From Acidobacteriota bacterium (GTDB taxonomy: Bacteria > Acidobacteriota > Terriglobia > Versatilivoradales > Versatilivoraceae): a stretch of 55,327 bases of DNA. Location of the stretch: NCBI GenBank assembly GCA_009841055.1, contig VXMN01000112.1, positions 1 through 55,327 of the forward strand, written 5' to 3'. How positions within the stretch are numbered: the first letter of the stretch is position 1; every line of letters starts with the position of its first letter. Positions 10,062 to 19,800 of this stretch are shown here, piece after piece. The notes beneath the pieces were generated by a model, which was not told the DNA's origin, made no database searches, and was given only the letters and a program-made list of their open reading frames with translations. Both the position numbers and the translations under genes were made by a program.

Positions 10062-10823
10062 TTATTCCTCTTGCAAGGCGTGGCCGGTGAGGTGGAGAAA
10101 GACGTCTTCCAGGTTGGCCAGCCGTTCCACTCTTTCCTTCTTGAATCCGGATGCCAGGAGATCGCCGATCAGCTTTGGGGGAGGGGCGTCGGCAACGATC
10201 CTGCCCCGGTCCATGATGGCCACTCGATCGCACAACTCCTCGGCCTCTTCCATGTAATGGGTCGTCAGGACCACCGTTTTCCCCTCGGAGCGGATTCTGC
10301 GGATGACTCCCCAGAGGTGTCGTCGAGCCTGAGGGTCCAGTCCGGTGGTGGGCTCGTCCAGAAATACCAGCAGCGGATCGTTCACCAGGGCCGCGGCTAC
10401 GGAAAACCGATGCTGTTGTCCCCCCGACAACTGCTCCACCTGAGCCTTGGCGCGATCCTGCAGATCCACCTCGCTCAACAGTTGCACGGGATCGACCGAC
10501 CGGCCGTAGAGTTCTCCCAACAACAGCAGCAGTTCCCTCAGATTGAGCTTCTCGAAAAAGGAAGTCGTCTGGAGCTGAACGCCAATCCGCTGCTGAACCT
10601 GCCGGGGGTGCCTGCCGACGTCCAGCCCATCCAGAGTGACAGTTCCGGAATCGATGGGCCTCAGCGTTTCAATCATTTCCAGAGTGGAGGTCTTTCCGGC
10701 GCCGTTGGGACCGAGAATGCCGAAGATTTCCTGGCGTCGGACCGAAAAGCTGACCCGATCGACGGCGACAAGGTCTCCGTATCTCTTGCACAGGTTGTCG
10801 ACAGCCAGAATCACGGATGACAC
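10062..10823 (-). CDS. ABC transporter ATP-binding protein
   Basis: 253-aa ORF with Walker A GPNGAGKTS, signature LSGGQQHR and Walker B LVFLDEPTTGLD. Confidence 0.93.
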   Translation of the reverse strand: MSSVILAVDNLCKRYGDLVAVDRVSFSVRRQEIFGILGPNGAGKTSTLEMIETLRPIDSGTVTLDGLDVGRHPRQVQQRIGVQLQTTSFFEKLNLRELLLLLGELYGRSVDPVQLLSEVDLQDRAKAQVEQLSGGQQHRFSVAAALVNDPLLVFLDEPTTGLDPQARRHLWGVIRRIRSEGKTVVLTTHYMEEAEELCDRVAIMDRGRIVADAPPPKLIGDLLASGFKKERVERLANLEDVFLHLTGHALQEE

Positions 10824-10896
10824 TTGTCTGGAATACCCCTGTTTCGCCCCGTATGAGCCGCCTCGTGGTATGGGACGGCGGCGCGCCTAGGTAAAA

Positions 10897-11060
10897 AGTG
10901 AATAGTGGCCAGTGGTTAGTGGATAGTTATTTAATCGACACGCAAAGCGTCTTGTTGGTGTCGGCGCCGTCCTTCCCAAAAGCTCGGTCAGTTCATCAGG
11001 CATTTGCCCGCTCCCGAAGCCCTCGGCTGACCACTCTTCACTCTCCACTCTCCACTTCAG
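10897..11060. repeat. Inverted arrays of a heptad repeat (nnAGTGG x3 at 10897-10926; CCACTnn x4 at 11031-11060) around a core of about 100 bp that contains a 6-bp stem
   Basis: Read directly: agtgaatagtggccagtggttagtggatag ... cgacac-N16-gtgtcg ... ccactcttcactctccactctccacttcag. It lies in the divergent intergenic region between the ABC operon and the prolyl oligopeptidase gene. Confidence 0.6.
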
Positions 11061-11188
11061 GGATTTGAGCGGCCATTGCCCTCTAACCGACCCTGTTGTA
11101 TTTTAGTCGAAGGCGCGGGAACCCTGTCCGCAAGCCTGAACCCGAAGCAACGAAACGGACCGCGCCGTTTCCCAAAATCGGAATTCCC

Positions 11189-13399
11189 ATGAAACGCTTG
11201 CTTGCCCTCCTGGTTGTCTTGATGGCGTCACTGTCCCTGGGATGGTTGGCGGCGACGATCACGCAGCCGCCGATCCATGCCTTGGGCGCCTCGCCCGAAG
11301 ATCGTTCCCTTGCCTACCCCAAGGCCAGAAAAGCCGACCAGGTCGACCGTTACCACGGCATCGATGTCCCGGACCCCTATCGCTGGCTTGAAATTCCCGA
11401 TTCGGAAGAGACCCGTTCCTGGATTGAGGCCCAGAATTCGCTGACTTTCCGATACCTCGGCAAGATTTCCCAGCGGGCGCCAATCAGGAGAAAGCTGGAG
11501 CGGCTGTGGAACTACGAACGCTACAGCGTGCCTCGCAAGGAAGGCGGCCGCTACTTCTACCGAAAAAACGACGGTCTGCAGAACCAAAGCGTGCTCTACA
11601 CGGTGGCCGGCCTGACCGGAAAGCCGCGGGTGCTGCTGGACCCCAACCGGCTTTCCGATCAGGGGACCATCGCCCTGGCCAACTACTCCATCAGTCCTGA
11701 TGGCCGTTTCATGGCCTACGGTCTCTCAACCTCCGGTTCGGATTGGATGGAATGGAAGATTCGAGAGGTCTCGACAGGCAAGGACTTGAAAGAGAAACTG
11801 CGTTGGATCAAGTTTTCCGGAGCCTCATGGGGCCGCGACAATCGGGGATTCTACTACAGCCGCTACGACGAACCCAAGGGAACTCCCGGCCCGGCCGACA
11901 CCCACTACAATCAGAAACTCTACTACCATCGGATCGGCAGGCCCCAGTCCGAGGATGTGCTGGTGTATGAGCGTCCCGACCGGAAGGAATGGGGCTTCAG
12001 TCCCCGGGTCACCGAAGACGGGAAGTACCTGGTCATTCACGTCTGGAAGGGAACCGACAGGCGAAATCGTGTTTACATCCGGTCCCTTGAGGACGCGGCC
12101 TCGAAGGTCGTTCCCCTGCTGGACGATTTCGACGCTTCCTACCGCTTCATCGGCAACGACGGCCCTCTCTTCTGGTTCCGAACCGACCTGGAGGCCCCAC
12201 GCGGGCGGGTGATTGCGGTGGATATCCGAAGGCCGGCCCGGTCAAACCGGCGGGAAGTCATTCCCGAGATGGCCGAGACTCTGGAACAGGTGAACCTGGT
12301 CAACCATCGGTTCATTGCCACCTACCTCAAGGACGCCTACTCCCTGGTGCGGCTCTTTGGACTCGAGGGACAGCCTGCCGGCACCATTGACCTTCCCGGC
12401 CTCGGCACGGTCACCGGCTTCGACGGCAAGAAAGACGACTCGGAAACCTTTTTCGGTTTTGCCGGATTCACCACTCCCCTGACTATTTTCCACCAGAACC
12501 TCGAATCGGGTAAGCGGCAGCTCTTCCGGGAGCCGAGCGTCGACTTCGACGCCGGAGCCTATGAGACCCGGCAGGTCTTCTATCGAAGCAAGGACGGGAC
12601 CCGAATCCCGATGTTTCTGACTCACCGCAAGGGTCTTTCAAGGGAGCGGACCCACCCGACCTACCTGTACGGCTACGGGGGATTCAACATCTCCCTGACG
12701 CCTCGCTTCTCCGTCTCCAACCTGGTCTGGATGGAAATGGGGGGACTGTTGGCGATCCCCAACCTGCGGGGAGGAGGCGAGTACGGAGAAGAGTGGCACC
12801 AGGCCGGGACCAAGGAAAACAAACAGAACGTTTTCGATGACTTCATTGCGGCCGCCGAATGGCTGATCCGGCACGAATACACCCGTCCTTCCCAATTGGC
12901 CATCGGCGGCCGCAGCAATGGAGGACTGCTGGTGGGAGCCGTCATGACCCAGCGGCCGGAACTGTTCGGTGCGGCCCTGCCGGGAGTCGGGGTTCTGGAC
13001 ATGCTGCGTTTCCAGAAATTCACCATCGGATGGGCCTGGGTATCGGATTACGGCTCCTCGGATGATCCCGATCAGTTCAAGGCGCTGCTGGCATATTCCC
13101 CGCTTCACAACCTTCGATCCGGCGCCCGCTATCCGCCCACCCTCATCACCACCGCCGACCACGACGACCGGGTGGTGCCGGCCCACAGCTACAAGTTCGC
13201 GGCTGCCCTGCAGGACGCCCAGGCGGGAGACGCACCGGTGCTCATCCGCATCGAGACCCAGGCGGGCCACGGAGCCGGCAAGCCCATCAGCAAGGTCATC
13301 GAGGAAGTGGCCGATCAATGGGGCTTCCTGGTCCACACCCTGAAGATGGACCTGTCCGATCTGGAGACGGCGGACTCCTCCCGGACCGGAAAGAACTGA
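11189..13399 (+). CDS. Prolyl oligopeptidase (S9A family), secreted or membrane-anchored
   Basis: ORF 11096..13399 trimmed to ATG 11189 (MKRLLALLVVLMASLSLGWLAA, a signal-like segment). It has a beta-propeller N-domain and a catalytic GGRSNGG serine motif plus DDRV and a C-terminal H. Confidence 0.9.
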   Translation: MKRLLALLVVLMASLSLGWLAATITQPPIHALGASPEDRSLAYPKARKADQVDRYHGIDVPDPYRWLEIPDSEETRSWIEAQNSLTFRYLGKISQRAPIRRKLERLWNYERYSVPRKEGGRYFYRKNDGLQNQSVLYTVAGLTGKPRVLLDPNRLSDQGTIALANYSISPDGRFMAYGLSTSGSDWMEWKIREVSTGKDLKEKLRWIKFSGASWGRDNRGFYYSRYDEPKGTPGPADTHYNQKLYYHRIGRPQSEDVLVYERPDRKEWGFSPRVTEDGKYLVIHVWKGTDRRNRVYIRSLEDAASKVVPLLDDFDASYRFIGNDGPLFWFRTDLEAPRGRVIAVDIRRPARSNRREVIPEMAETLEQVNLVNHRFIATYLKDAYSLVRLFGLEGQPAGTIDLPGLGTVTGFDGKKDDSETFFGFAGFTTPLTIFHQNLESGKRQLFREPSVDFDAGAYETRQVFYRSKDGTRIPMFLTHRKGLSRERTHPTYLYGYGGFNISLTPRFSVSNLVWMEMGGLLAIPNLRGGGEYGEEWHQAGTKENKQNVFDDFIAAAEWLIRHEYTRPSQLAIGGRSNGGLLVGAVMTQRPELFGAALPGVGVLDMLRFQKFTIGWAWVSDYGSSDDPDQFKALLAYSPLHNLRSGARYPPTLITTADHDDRVVPAHSYKFAAALQDAQAGDAPVLIRIETQAGHGAGKPISKVIEEVADQWGFLVHTLKMDLSDLETADSSRTGKN

Positions 13400-14271
13400 T
13401 GGCGAACTCCCAACCCGACCTCTCCTTCCTCTGGCCGCTGCTGAAGGGCCTGTTGGTGGTCTACGTGGTCCTGGTCGGAAGCGTCTACCTGTTCCAACGG
13501 AAACTCCAGTACTTCCCCAACGCCGACCCGGTGCCCCTGCCGCAGGAACAAGCATTCCGGGGACTCCAGGAGGTCGAGCTGGAGACAGAGGACGGCAAGC
13601 GGTTGCTGAGTTGGTACTGGCCGGGAGACAGGCCGCTCACCCTGGTCTATTTCAGTGGCAATGGCGGCAATCGCGCCGATCGCCTCGAGTGGGCGCGGGA
13701 CTTCCACCGCCTGGGCTTCGGCCTCTTCCTCCTGGAATACCGCGGATACGGAGGCAACCCGGGAACACCCAGCGAGGCGGGTCTCTATCGGGACGCCCAG
13801 GCAGCCCTGGACTGGCTCGCCAGGGACCCGGGTCGGAAACTGGCCTACCTCGGAGAATCACTGGGGTCGGGAGTGGCGGTAGAGATGGCGACCCGGGCCG
13901 CGCCTGCCGGACTCATCATTCAATCGGGTTTCTCCTCGGCGGCCGACGTCGGCCAGCACAGGTATCCCCTTCTGCCGGTGGGCCTGTTGATGAAGGACCC
14001 TTTCGATTCTCTGCCCAAGATCAGGGGCCTGGGCTGCCCCCTGCTGGCCATTCACGGCGACCGCGACAGGACGGTCCCCCTCTCCCTGGGCCGGGCGCTG
14101 TTCGAAGCGGCCCCGGAGCCCAAGGAGTGGCTGCCGGTTCCCGGCGCCGCCCACAACGATGTGTCGGGCGTAGGGGGGCAATCCTACTGGAGGAAGATCG
14201 ATGACTTTCTGACAGAAGTCTCGGTCAGCGAGCCCGATGGCGAGGCCGTGCCTCAAGTCCACCAGGAATAA
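13399..14271 (+). CDS. Alpha/beta hydrolase (S9/S33-like), N-terminal TM
   Basis: ORF 13318..14271 trimmed to ATG 13399, which overlaps the upstream stop (TGATG). Nucleophile elbow GESLGSG; HGDRDRTVP and a terminal H are present. Confidence 0.85.
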   Translation: MANSQPDLSFLWPLLKGLLVVYVVLVGSVYLFQRKLQYFPNADPVPLPQEQAFRGLQEVELETEDGKRLLSWYWPGDRPLTLVYFSGNGGNRADRLEWARDFHRLGFGLFLLEYRGYGGNPGTPSEAGLYRDAQAALDWLARDPGRKLAYLGESLGSGVAVEMATRAAPAGLIIQSGFSSAADVGQHRYPLLPVGLLMKDPFDSLPKIRGLGCPLLAIHGDRDRTVPLSLGRALFEAAPEPKEWLPVPGAAHNDVSGVGGQSYWRKIDDFLTEVSVSEPDGEAVPQVHQE

Positions 14272-14304
14272 AGGGGAAAAGGCTATCCACCAGGGAACAC
14301 CAAA

Positions 14305-14769
14305 GTGAGCAAGACCCTCTATCTGGCCAATCCCTACGGCTTCTCGGCGCAGCAGCGCCAGGGACCACTGCAAGACCTGGTGGCGGCCCTGGAATCAATG
14401 GGCGCCGAGGTCTGGGAGCCCTTTGCCCGCAACAACCAGATCGACCGGACCAGTCCGAACTGGGCTTGGCGCATCGGTCAGGCCGACCTTCGCGACGTGC
14501 GGGAGGCGGACGGACTGTTTGCCGTCGTCACCGGCTGCCCCCCGGACGAGGGCGTGATGGTGGAGCTGGGCATGGCCATCGCCTGGGGAAAGCCGGTGTT
14601 CCTCTTCCGGGACGATTTCCGCCGTTGCACCGACAGCGAGGGCTATCCCCTCAACCTGATGGTGTTCACGGGTCTTCCGGAAAAGGGCTGGGAAGAAAGT
14701 TGGTACACCTCGATCGGGGAACTGCCGGATCCGGGCAAGGCGCTGGCCCGATGGTTGATCCGGGCGTAG
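14305..14769 (+). CDS. Nucleoside 2-deoxyribosyltransferase-family protein
   Basis: 154-aa ORF, GTG start. LYLANPYGFS ... DEGVMVELGMAIAWGKPVFLF matches the NDT-family core. Confidence 0.75.
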   Translation: MSKTLYLANPYGFSAQQRQGPLQDLVAALESMGAEVWEPFARNNQIDRTSPNWAWRIGQADLRDVREADGLFAVVTGCPPDEGVMVELGMAIAWGKPVFLFRDDFRRCTDSEGYPLNLMVFTGLPEKGWEESWYTSIGELPDPGKALARWLIRA

Positions 14770-14877
14770 TGTTACGTTTTCAATTGCGACGAACGGCTTG
14801 CCCGCGTGTTTTGCATGGATAACGCCGCAGGTGGATCCCACGGATGCTCACCACATGTTACCGAGGCTTGACACAGT

Positions 14878-14921
14878 GCTTGCTGGAAGGTAAACCACTA
14901 CTGTGATACGGTTTTCTTCAG
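14878..14921 (+). promoter_or_regulatory. Conserved 44-nt leader/operator-like element, copy 1, upstream of the membrane-protein/MotA/DUF2149 operon
   Basis: gcttgctggaaggtaaaccactactgtgatacggttttcttcag is 37/44 identical to the reverse complement of 21257-21300. It can fold as an imperfect hairpin (CUgGAAGgUAAACC / GGUUUUCUUCAG) with loop ACUACUGUGAUAC. Confidence 0.5.
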
Positions 14922-14986
14922 GGCCAGGATCGCGCGAAACCATGCGTCCGCTACATCTGCCGTAGGGAATCCACCTCACAGCAGCA

Positions 14987-15619
14987 GTGCTATCGTTAGA
15001 ATGGACCGGGGCGGCGGGGCACGCGCCGAAACGTGGAGGTTCTCATTTGCTAATCCACACCGTAGCACAACTGTGTGGCTTGGCTGCCGTGGTCTTCGCC
15101 ACTGCATCGCGGGGCCGTCGCGGGGTTGCCGCACTCTCTGCGGGCTTCTTGTGCGGGCTTGGATTGCCGGTTCCATCTCCAGGATGGACAGGCGCGCTTG
15201 TCGCGGCCATGGCAGTGCTGGTGCTCATTGATTTGCGCTCCCAGGCGACCGCGCTCGCCGGCCCGCTGGCGTCCGGGATGACTGGTGGACTGTGCGCACA
15301 GATGCTTGCCAGCCACGGGATGGCAACTTGGCTGGCGTGGCCGCTCGTGGCGGGCTTTGTCGCGGCATCGGCTGTTGCGTCGCAGCGCAACCCTCGATTC
15401 GCTCGGCGGGAGATCCGCGAGGACGCGCTGGCAGCGCTCGCAGCGCTGGGCTTGGCCGTCGCCGCCGCGCCAAGCGTGGCAGCGGGTTGGCGCACGGCGG
15501 GAGTAATGAACCTTGCGGCCAATGACTTGGCTCGACCGGGGCCGAACTCGGGTCTACTATTGGGCGTCGCGGCTGTCGTTGTGCTCGGAGGCCTGCATAG
15601 GTTCTGGAGGCGTGCATGA
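14987..15619 (+). CDS. Polytopic Ala/Gly-rich integral membrane protein, hypothetical (possibly a DUF2162-type predicted transporter)
   Basis: 210-aa ORF from GTG 14987. A better start is TTG 15047, which is preceded by GGAGG at 15035-15039. It has about 5-6 hydrophobic segments. The stop overlaps the next start (ATGA). Confidence 0.65.
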   Translation: MLSLEWTGAAGHAPKRGGSHLLIHTVAQLCGLAAVVFATASRGRRGVAALSAGFLCGLGLPVPSPGWTGALVAAMAVLVLIDLRSQATALAGPLASGMTGGLCAQMLASHGMATWLAWPLVAGFVAASAVASQRNPRFARREIREDALAALAALGLAVAAAPSVAAGWRTAGVMNLAANDLARPGPNSGLLLGVAAVVVLGGLHRFWRRA

Positions 15620-16263
15620 ACTTCCTCGGAATTCTTGAGAACGGCCTGTTCGCCTTGGCCCAAGTGCTCCGCCTACCCGTGATCGCCATGCTCTGGGTTG
15701 CGGTTGGCACCGTATTCTTCATGACCGGTGCGTGTGTCATGGATTGCTTGGCGCGGCGGCGAGAGTACGACGGCTTCGATCTCAGCGCGTGGCTCGATGC
15801 AGGTCCGCTGCTTGGCATCGATGGCGCGCGGCTGGAGGCATTGCCCACGCCGCTTCGGGGGATGCTGCGCGATGTCGAGACTGAGCGAAAGAGGCTGGGG
15901 CTTGCTGACGGCGGCTTGGAGCACCTCGTTCTCGAACGGGAGGAGCGAGTGCGCCGCACACTGAACCGGTCGCGCTTGCTGGTCAGGGTTGGTCCGAGCT
16001 TGGGCTTGCTGGGCACCCTCATCCCGATGGGGGCGGCCTTGGCGTCGCTGACGGCCGGCAACCTCGAGGCGATGGCGGGACAAATGGTCGTCGCCTTCAC
16101 CACCACCATCGTCGGTCTCGCGACGGGGACGGTAGCCTACGTCATTCAGAGCGTGCGCCAAAGATGGGTTAGCGAGACCGTGCGCGAGCAGCGATTCCTA
16201 GCCGAGCGTCTCGCCGCGGAACTGACACACGATGCGCGCGGCACCCCCGCGCCGGAGGATTAG
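15616..16263 (+). CDS. MotA/TolQ/ExbB-family proton channel protein
   Basis: 215-aa ORF with the conserved C-terminal core VGPSLGLLGTLIPMG ... MVVAFTTTIVGLATG. It is translationally coupled to both neighbours. Confidence 0.85.
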   Translation: MNFLGILENGLFALAQVLRLPVIAMLWVAVGTVFFMTGACVMDCLARRREYDGFDLSAWLDAGPLLGIDGARLEALPTPLRGMLRDVETERKRLGLADGGLEHLVLEREERVRRTLNRSRLLVRVGPSLGLLGTLIPMGAALASLTAGNLEAMAGQMVVAFTTTIVGLATGTVAYVIQSVRQRWVSETVREQRFLAERLAAELTHDARGTPAPED

Positions 16264-16264
16264 G

Positions 16265-16597
16265 ATGGCACGTTTCCTGCACCTGAATTCAACAGCCGAC
16301 GCTGAGGCCGAGGACCCTCTCTCGGGAATTACGAACATCTTCGACATCTCGGTGGTCTTCATCGTCGGCCTGATGATGACTCTCTTCTCCGTGTATCGTA
16401 TCGGCGACCTCGTCGATCCGGAAAGCCAGGTGACGCTGGTCAAGACCAACGCAAACGGCTTGCAAGAGATCATCGTCAAGCAGGGCACCGAGATTACCGC
16501 GTACGAGCTCACAGGCGAGACACTCGGCGGGCAGGGCGAGCGCCTCGGCACCGCCTATCGGCTGGCCGACGGGCAGATCATCTACGTCCCGGACTGA
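16265..16597 (+). CDS. DUF2149-like small membrane-anchored protein (ExbD-position analogue)
   Basis: ORF 16232..16597 trimmed to ATG 16265, with GGAGG 7 nt upstream. The N-terminal acidic region is followed by one TM (ITNIFDISVVFIVGLMMTLFSV) and a soluble tail. The DUF2149 assignment is from memory. Confidence 0.7.
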   Translation: MARFLHLNSTADAEAEDPLSGITNIFDISVVFIVGLMMTLFSVYRIGDLVDPESQVTLVKTNANGLQEIIVKQGTEITAYELTGETLGGQGERLGTAYRLADGQIIYVPD

Positions 16598-16896
16598 GCG
16601 GATCGCCGCTCGGACCGACCGTATATTCTGGAACCAACAAGGGAAGCCGACGGCACCGTAGCGGTGCCAGCTTCGGATGGGTCGGCAGTACCGATAGCTC
16701 GACTCGGGGTGATGAAATTGGCTTCGATCCAGGGCCTGTCCTCTCCCGCCGTCACCCGGCACGCCCGACGCCCCGGTGCGAGGCTAGCATTCAAGTGATG
16801 CCCCTGAGGGACAGGGAGCATCTGCCTGACAGTCCGCCCTTGGAAACTGAGGGCCGCTTACGGCCGCTTTCGGTCTGGCCAGTTGCCTTTGGTGGC

Positions 16897-19800
16897 TCAT
16901 GATCTGCCCCTATCAAGCCGCCGCTGCCTGCGCCAAGCGGCGAGCAGCCCCAGGAGCGGAAGGCCCACCCAAAGCGGAGACCATTCATCGGGCTCCGGAC
17001 TTGCTGCCGGCAGGTTCGGGGCCGGACCGCTCGCGCTTGCAGTCTCCTGCATGCGATAGCCCTTGATGCCGGTCAGCGCCGGTGCGGCTGTCCCCGCCTC
17101 GTTGCGGCGGACGAACTCCTCTACTGCAGCCGCGGCTTCCTCGATGTCGACACCAAGCGCCTCCTGCATCGCCTCTCGGTACGCCTGAAGAGCGGGGCCG
17201 GGAATGTTCAGCGCCGCGCCCTGCTCCAGCACGTAGCGCAAGAGTCTCGGATTGCCGCAAGTGTGGGACGCACAGCCGACGCCGTGCTTGGCGACGCTCT
17301 CGACATGTTCTTGGAGCAAGCGCTCGGCTGTCGCGTCATCGGCCGCCCAATAGCCCTTGCGGATCGTCTCAACCATCCGGCCGGTGATGTCTTGATACGC
17401 GTGGGGCGAGTACTCCTCAAAGAAGGTCTTCAGGTCCAGTCGGTGCCTGTCCTCGACGTACACGGCGAATGACTCGTTCCACATCGCATCGTCGACAGTC
17501 TCGGGCACAGCAGCGTCCCAGCCCCACAGGTACTCGACGAACGCGCGCATCTCGCCGGCACCGGCGTAGCCCTCGCTCTGCATCCCTTCGATCCAAGTGG
17601 GGTTGACGTAGCGCGTCCGGAACTCCGAGCCGATGAACTCGTGGATCCCGGTCATCTCGGGTCGGCTGGGGTCGCGGGTGTTGGCGACGACCATCTGCGG
17701 GCTCTCACCGTCAATGCTCCTGACGGCGGCCGCGAGCCCGCCCATGTACATGAAGAAGTCGTCGTTGTCCAATGCGCCGTAGAGCATCGTGGAGCTACTG
17801 TGCACCACCTTGGCGGTGCCGGAGAGCGCCAAGCGAAACGCATCCTCCATCGGTTCGCCCCAGAACCCGTTGCCGTAGCCGTGCCCCATCTTCGACAAAT
17901 ACTCGTCCGCCATTGGCCGGTCGCTGTCCCAAGTGCCGCTCGCAGCGGCGATGCGCGATGTGTTCAAATTGAAGCTGCCGGGCGGCTCCTGGAAGATTCG
18001 GACGCCGGCGCGCCGGTCGGCTTCCTCGTCCGCGTAACCGCGCCCGATCAGCGCCGCCTTCGTCGCCAGGTAGTGGCGGCGCACGTAGTTGTCCGCCTCC
18101 TCCATTACCTTGACCCGCTGGACCGCCTCGTCCATCAGCCGGGTCACGTTGCTGAACATTCCCGTCGCAGTCGAGGCAATGACGACGTCCACGCGGGGCC
18201 GGCCGAGCTGGCTCGACGGAACGACATCCACTCCTACCACCTTCCCGCGGGCATCCCAGACCGGGCGCGTTCCGAGCAAGTGAAAGATCTGCGATTCCAG
18301 AATCCCTTCGTGCCGCAGAGTTTCGTCGGCCCAGATCACGAAAGACACCTTCTCGGGATATCCTCCGTGCTCTGCGACATGGTCTGCCAGCATCTGCTCG
18401 GCCAAGTCGACGCCGAGCTTCCAGGCAGCCGGCTTCGGCACCTTCTCAGGGTCGATGCCGTAGAAGTTCTTGCCGGTAGGATACGAATCCGGGTTGCGGA
18501 TCGGCTCCCCGCCGCCACCCACCGGAATGTAACCGCCGTCGAGAGCACGCAACAAGTGATCGAGTTCCCGAGGGCCGGACTCGACGATGCGCCGCTCCAT
18601 CTCCGACGCCCGGACCGTGGCGTCGTTCGGCAGGAGGCTCCGGTCCACGGAGACAATCGCCTCGACCGTGCTTGCTCGCATTTCCGGGCCCGGGACCCGA
18701 CCGAAGGCATGCAGGCCGTACGGCATGTTCTGCCCCCGCAGCTCGATCAGGTAGTCCTCGATGGCATGAACCGACTCGTGCGGGATCTCCGGGCCGCTTC
18801 CGAGGTCGATTCCGAGGTCCTTGACCATTCCCAGGTCCGTCGCCTGGCGCCGGATCTGATCGGCGTACGCCTCGGTCATTTGCACGCTCTTGTGGACGTT
18901 GGTGTGATAGTCATCGACGCTTTCTCCGAGGGCAGCCAGCGCGGGCAGCAACTCGCTGGTTCTGAACGGCGGCACCATGTGATCCACCAGAGCCGCCATG
19001 CCGCGGCGACGCGCTACCAGCCCTTCGCCCACGACGTCTACGTTGTACACGTACAGGTTGGGCAGGTCGCCGACCAGTGCATCTGGAGCGTCGTTCTCCG
19101 AGAGACCCAGGTCCTTGCCTTCAAGCCACTCGAGCGTCCCGTGCGTGCCGAGGTGAATCAACGCGTCCGCGCCAAACCCGGCGGGCTGATCCGCTTTCAG
19201 CCAAGAATAGGCAGCAACGTACTGGTGGTGCGGCGCGAGAGCCGTCGCGTGGTACAGCTTCTCAGCGTCCTCGGACCAACCCCGCGCGGGCTGAGGCATT
19301 AAGACGATGTTGCCGTAGTGCACCGCCGGTATGACGAAGCCGCCGTCCCTCGCCATCACACCGGAGTCCGCAGGGTCGCCCCAGTCGGCTACAACCTTGG
19401 CGCGGAAGGCCGGCGGGAAACCGTTAAACCAACGCAGGTAATCGCTTAACGGCACCCGAGCCGCCCCACCCTCCTCGATCAGCGCATCCAGTTCGCCCGG
19501 CGCGTACCCTGCGACATTGCGGGCGCGGTCCGAGATCGCCGCCATCACCGCTCCGGGCGACAGATCGACCCCGGCGCCTCCAACATCGTAGCCGGCCAAC
19601 AGCATCCGCCGCAGGATGTTCGAGATCGACTCCGCGACATTCAGGTAGCTGGCGCCGATGGTGGCTTTGCCCGGAGGGTAGTTGTAAAAGAGCAGCGCGA
19701 CGCGCTTGTTGGCGTTGGGCGTCGCCGCCAGCGACGCATAGGCAATGGCCCGCTGGACTGCCGTCGTCACGCGGGCAGCCAGCGGTTGGGAGACAACGAC

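Noticed and set aside
14840-15000. Cobalamin riboswitch upstream of the island operon. I noticed GGAAGGTAAACC, ACTGTGA, a B12-box-like GCCAGGATCGCG and GGGAATCCACC.
   Set aside because: The pieces resemble fragments of the consensus only loosely. The GGTG-AA-TCC / CCCGCAACTGTAA core and the full B12 box (GCCAGGAGACCTGCC) are not present, and the B12-box-like part is not shared by copy 2. I cannot call it without a covariance-model scan.
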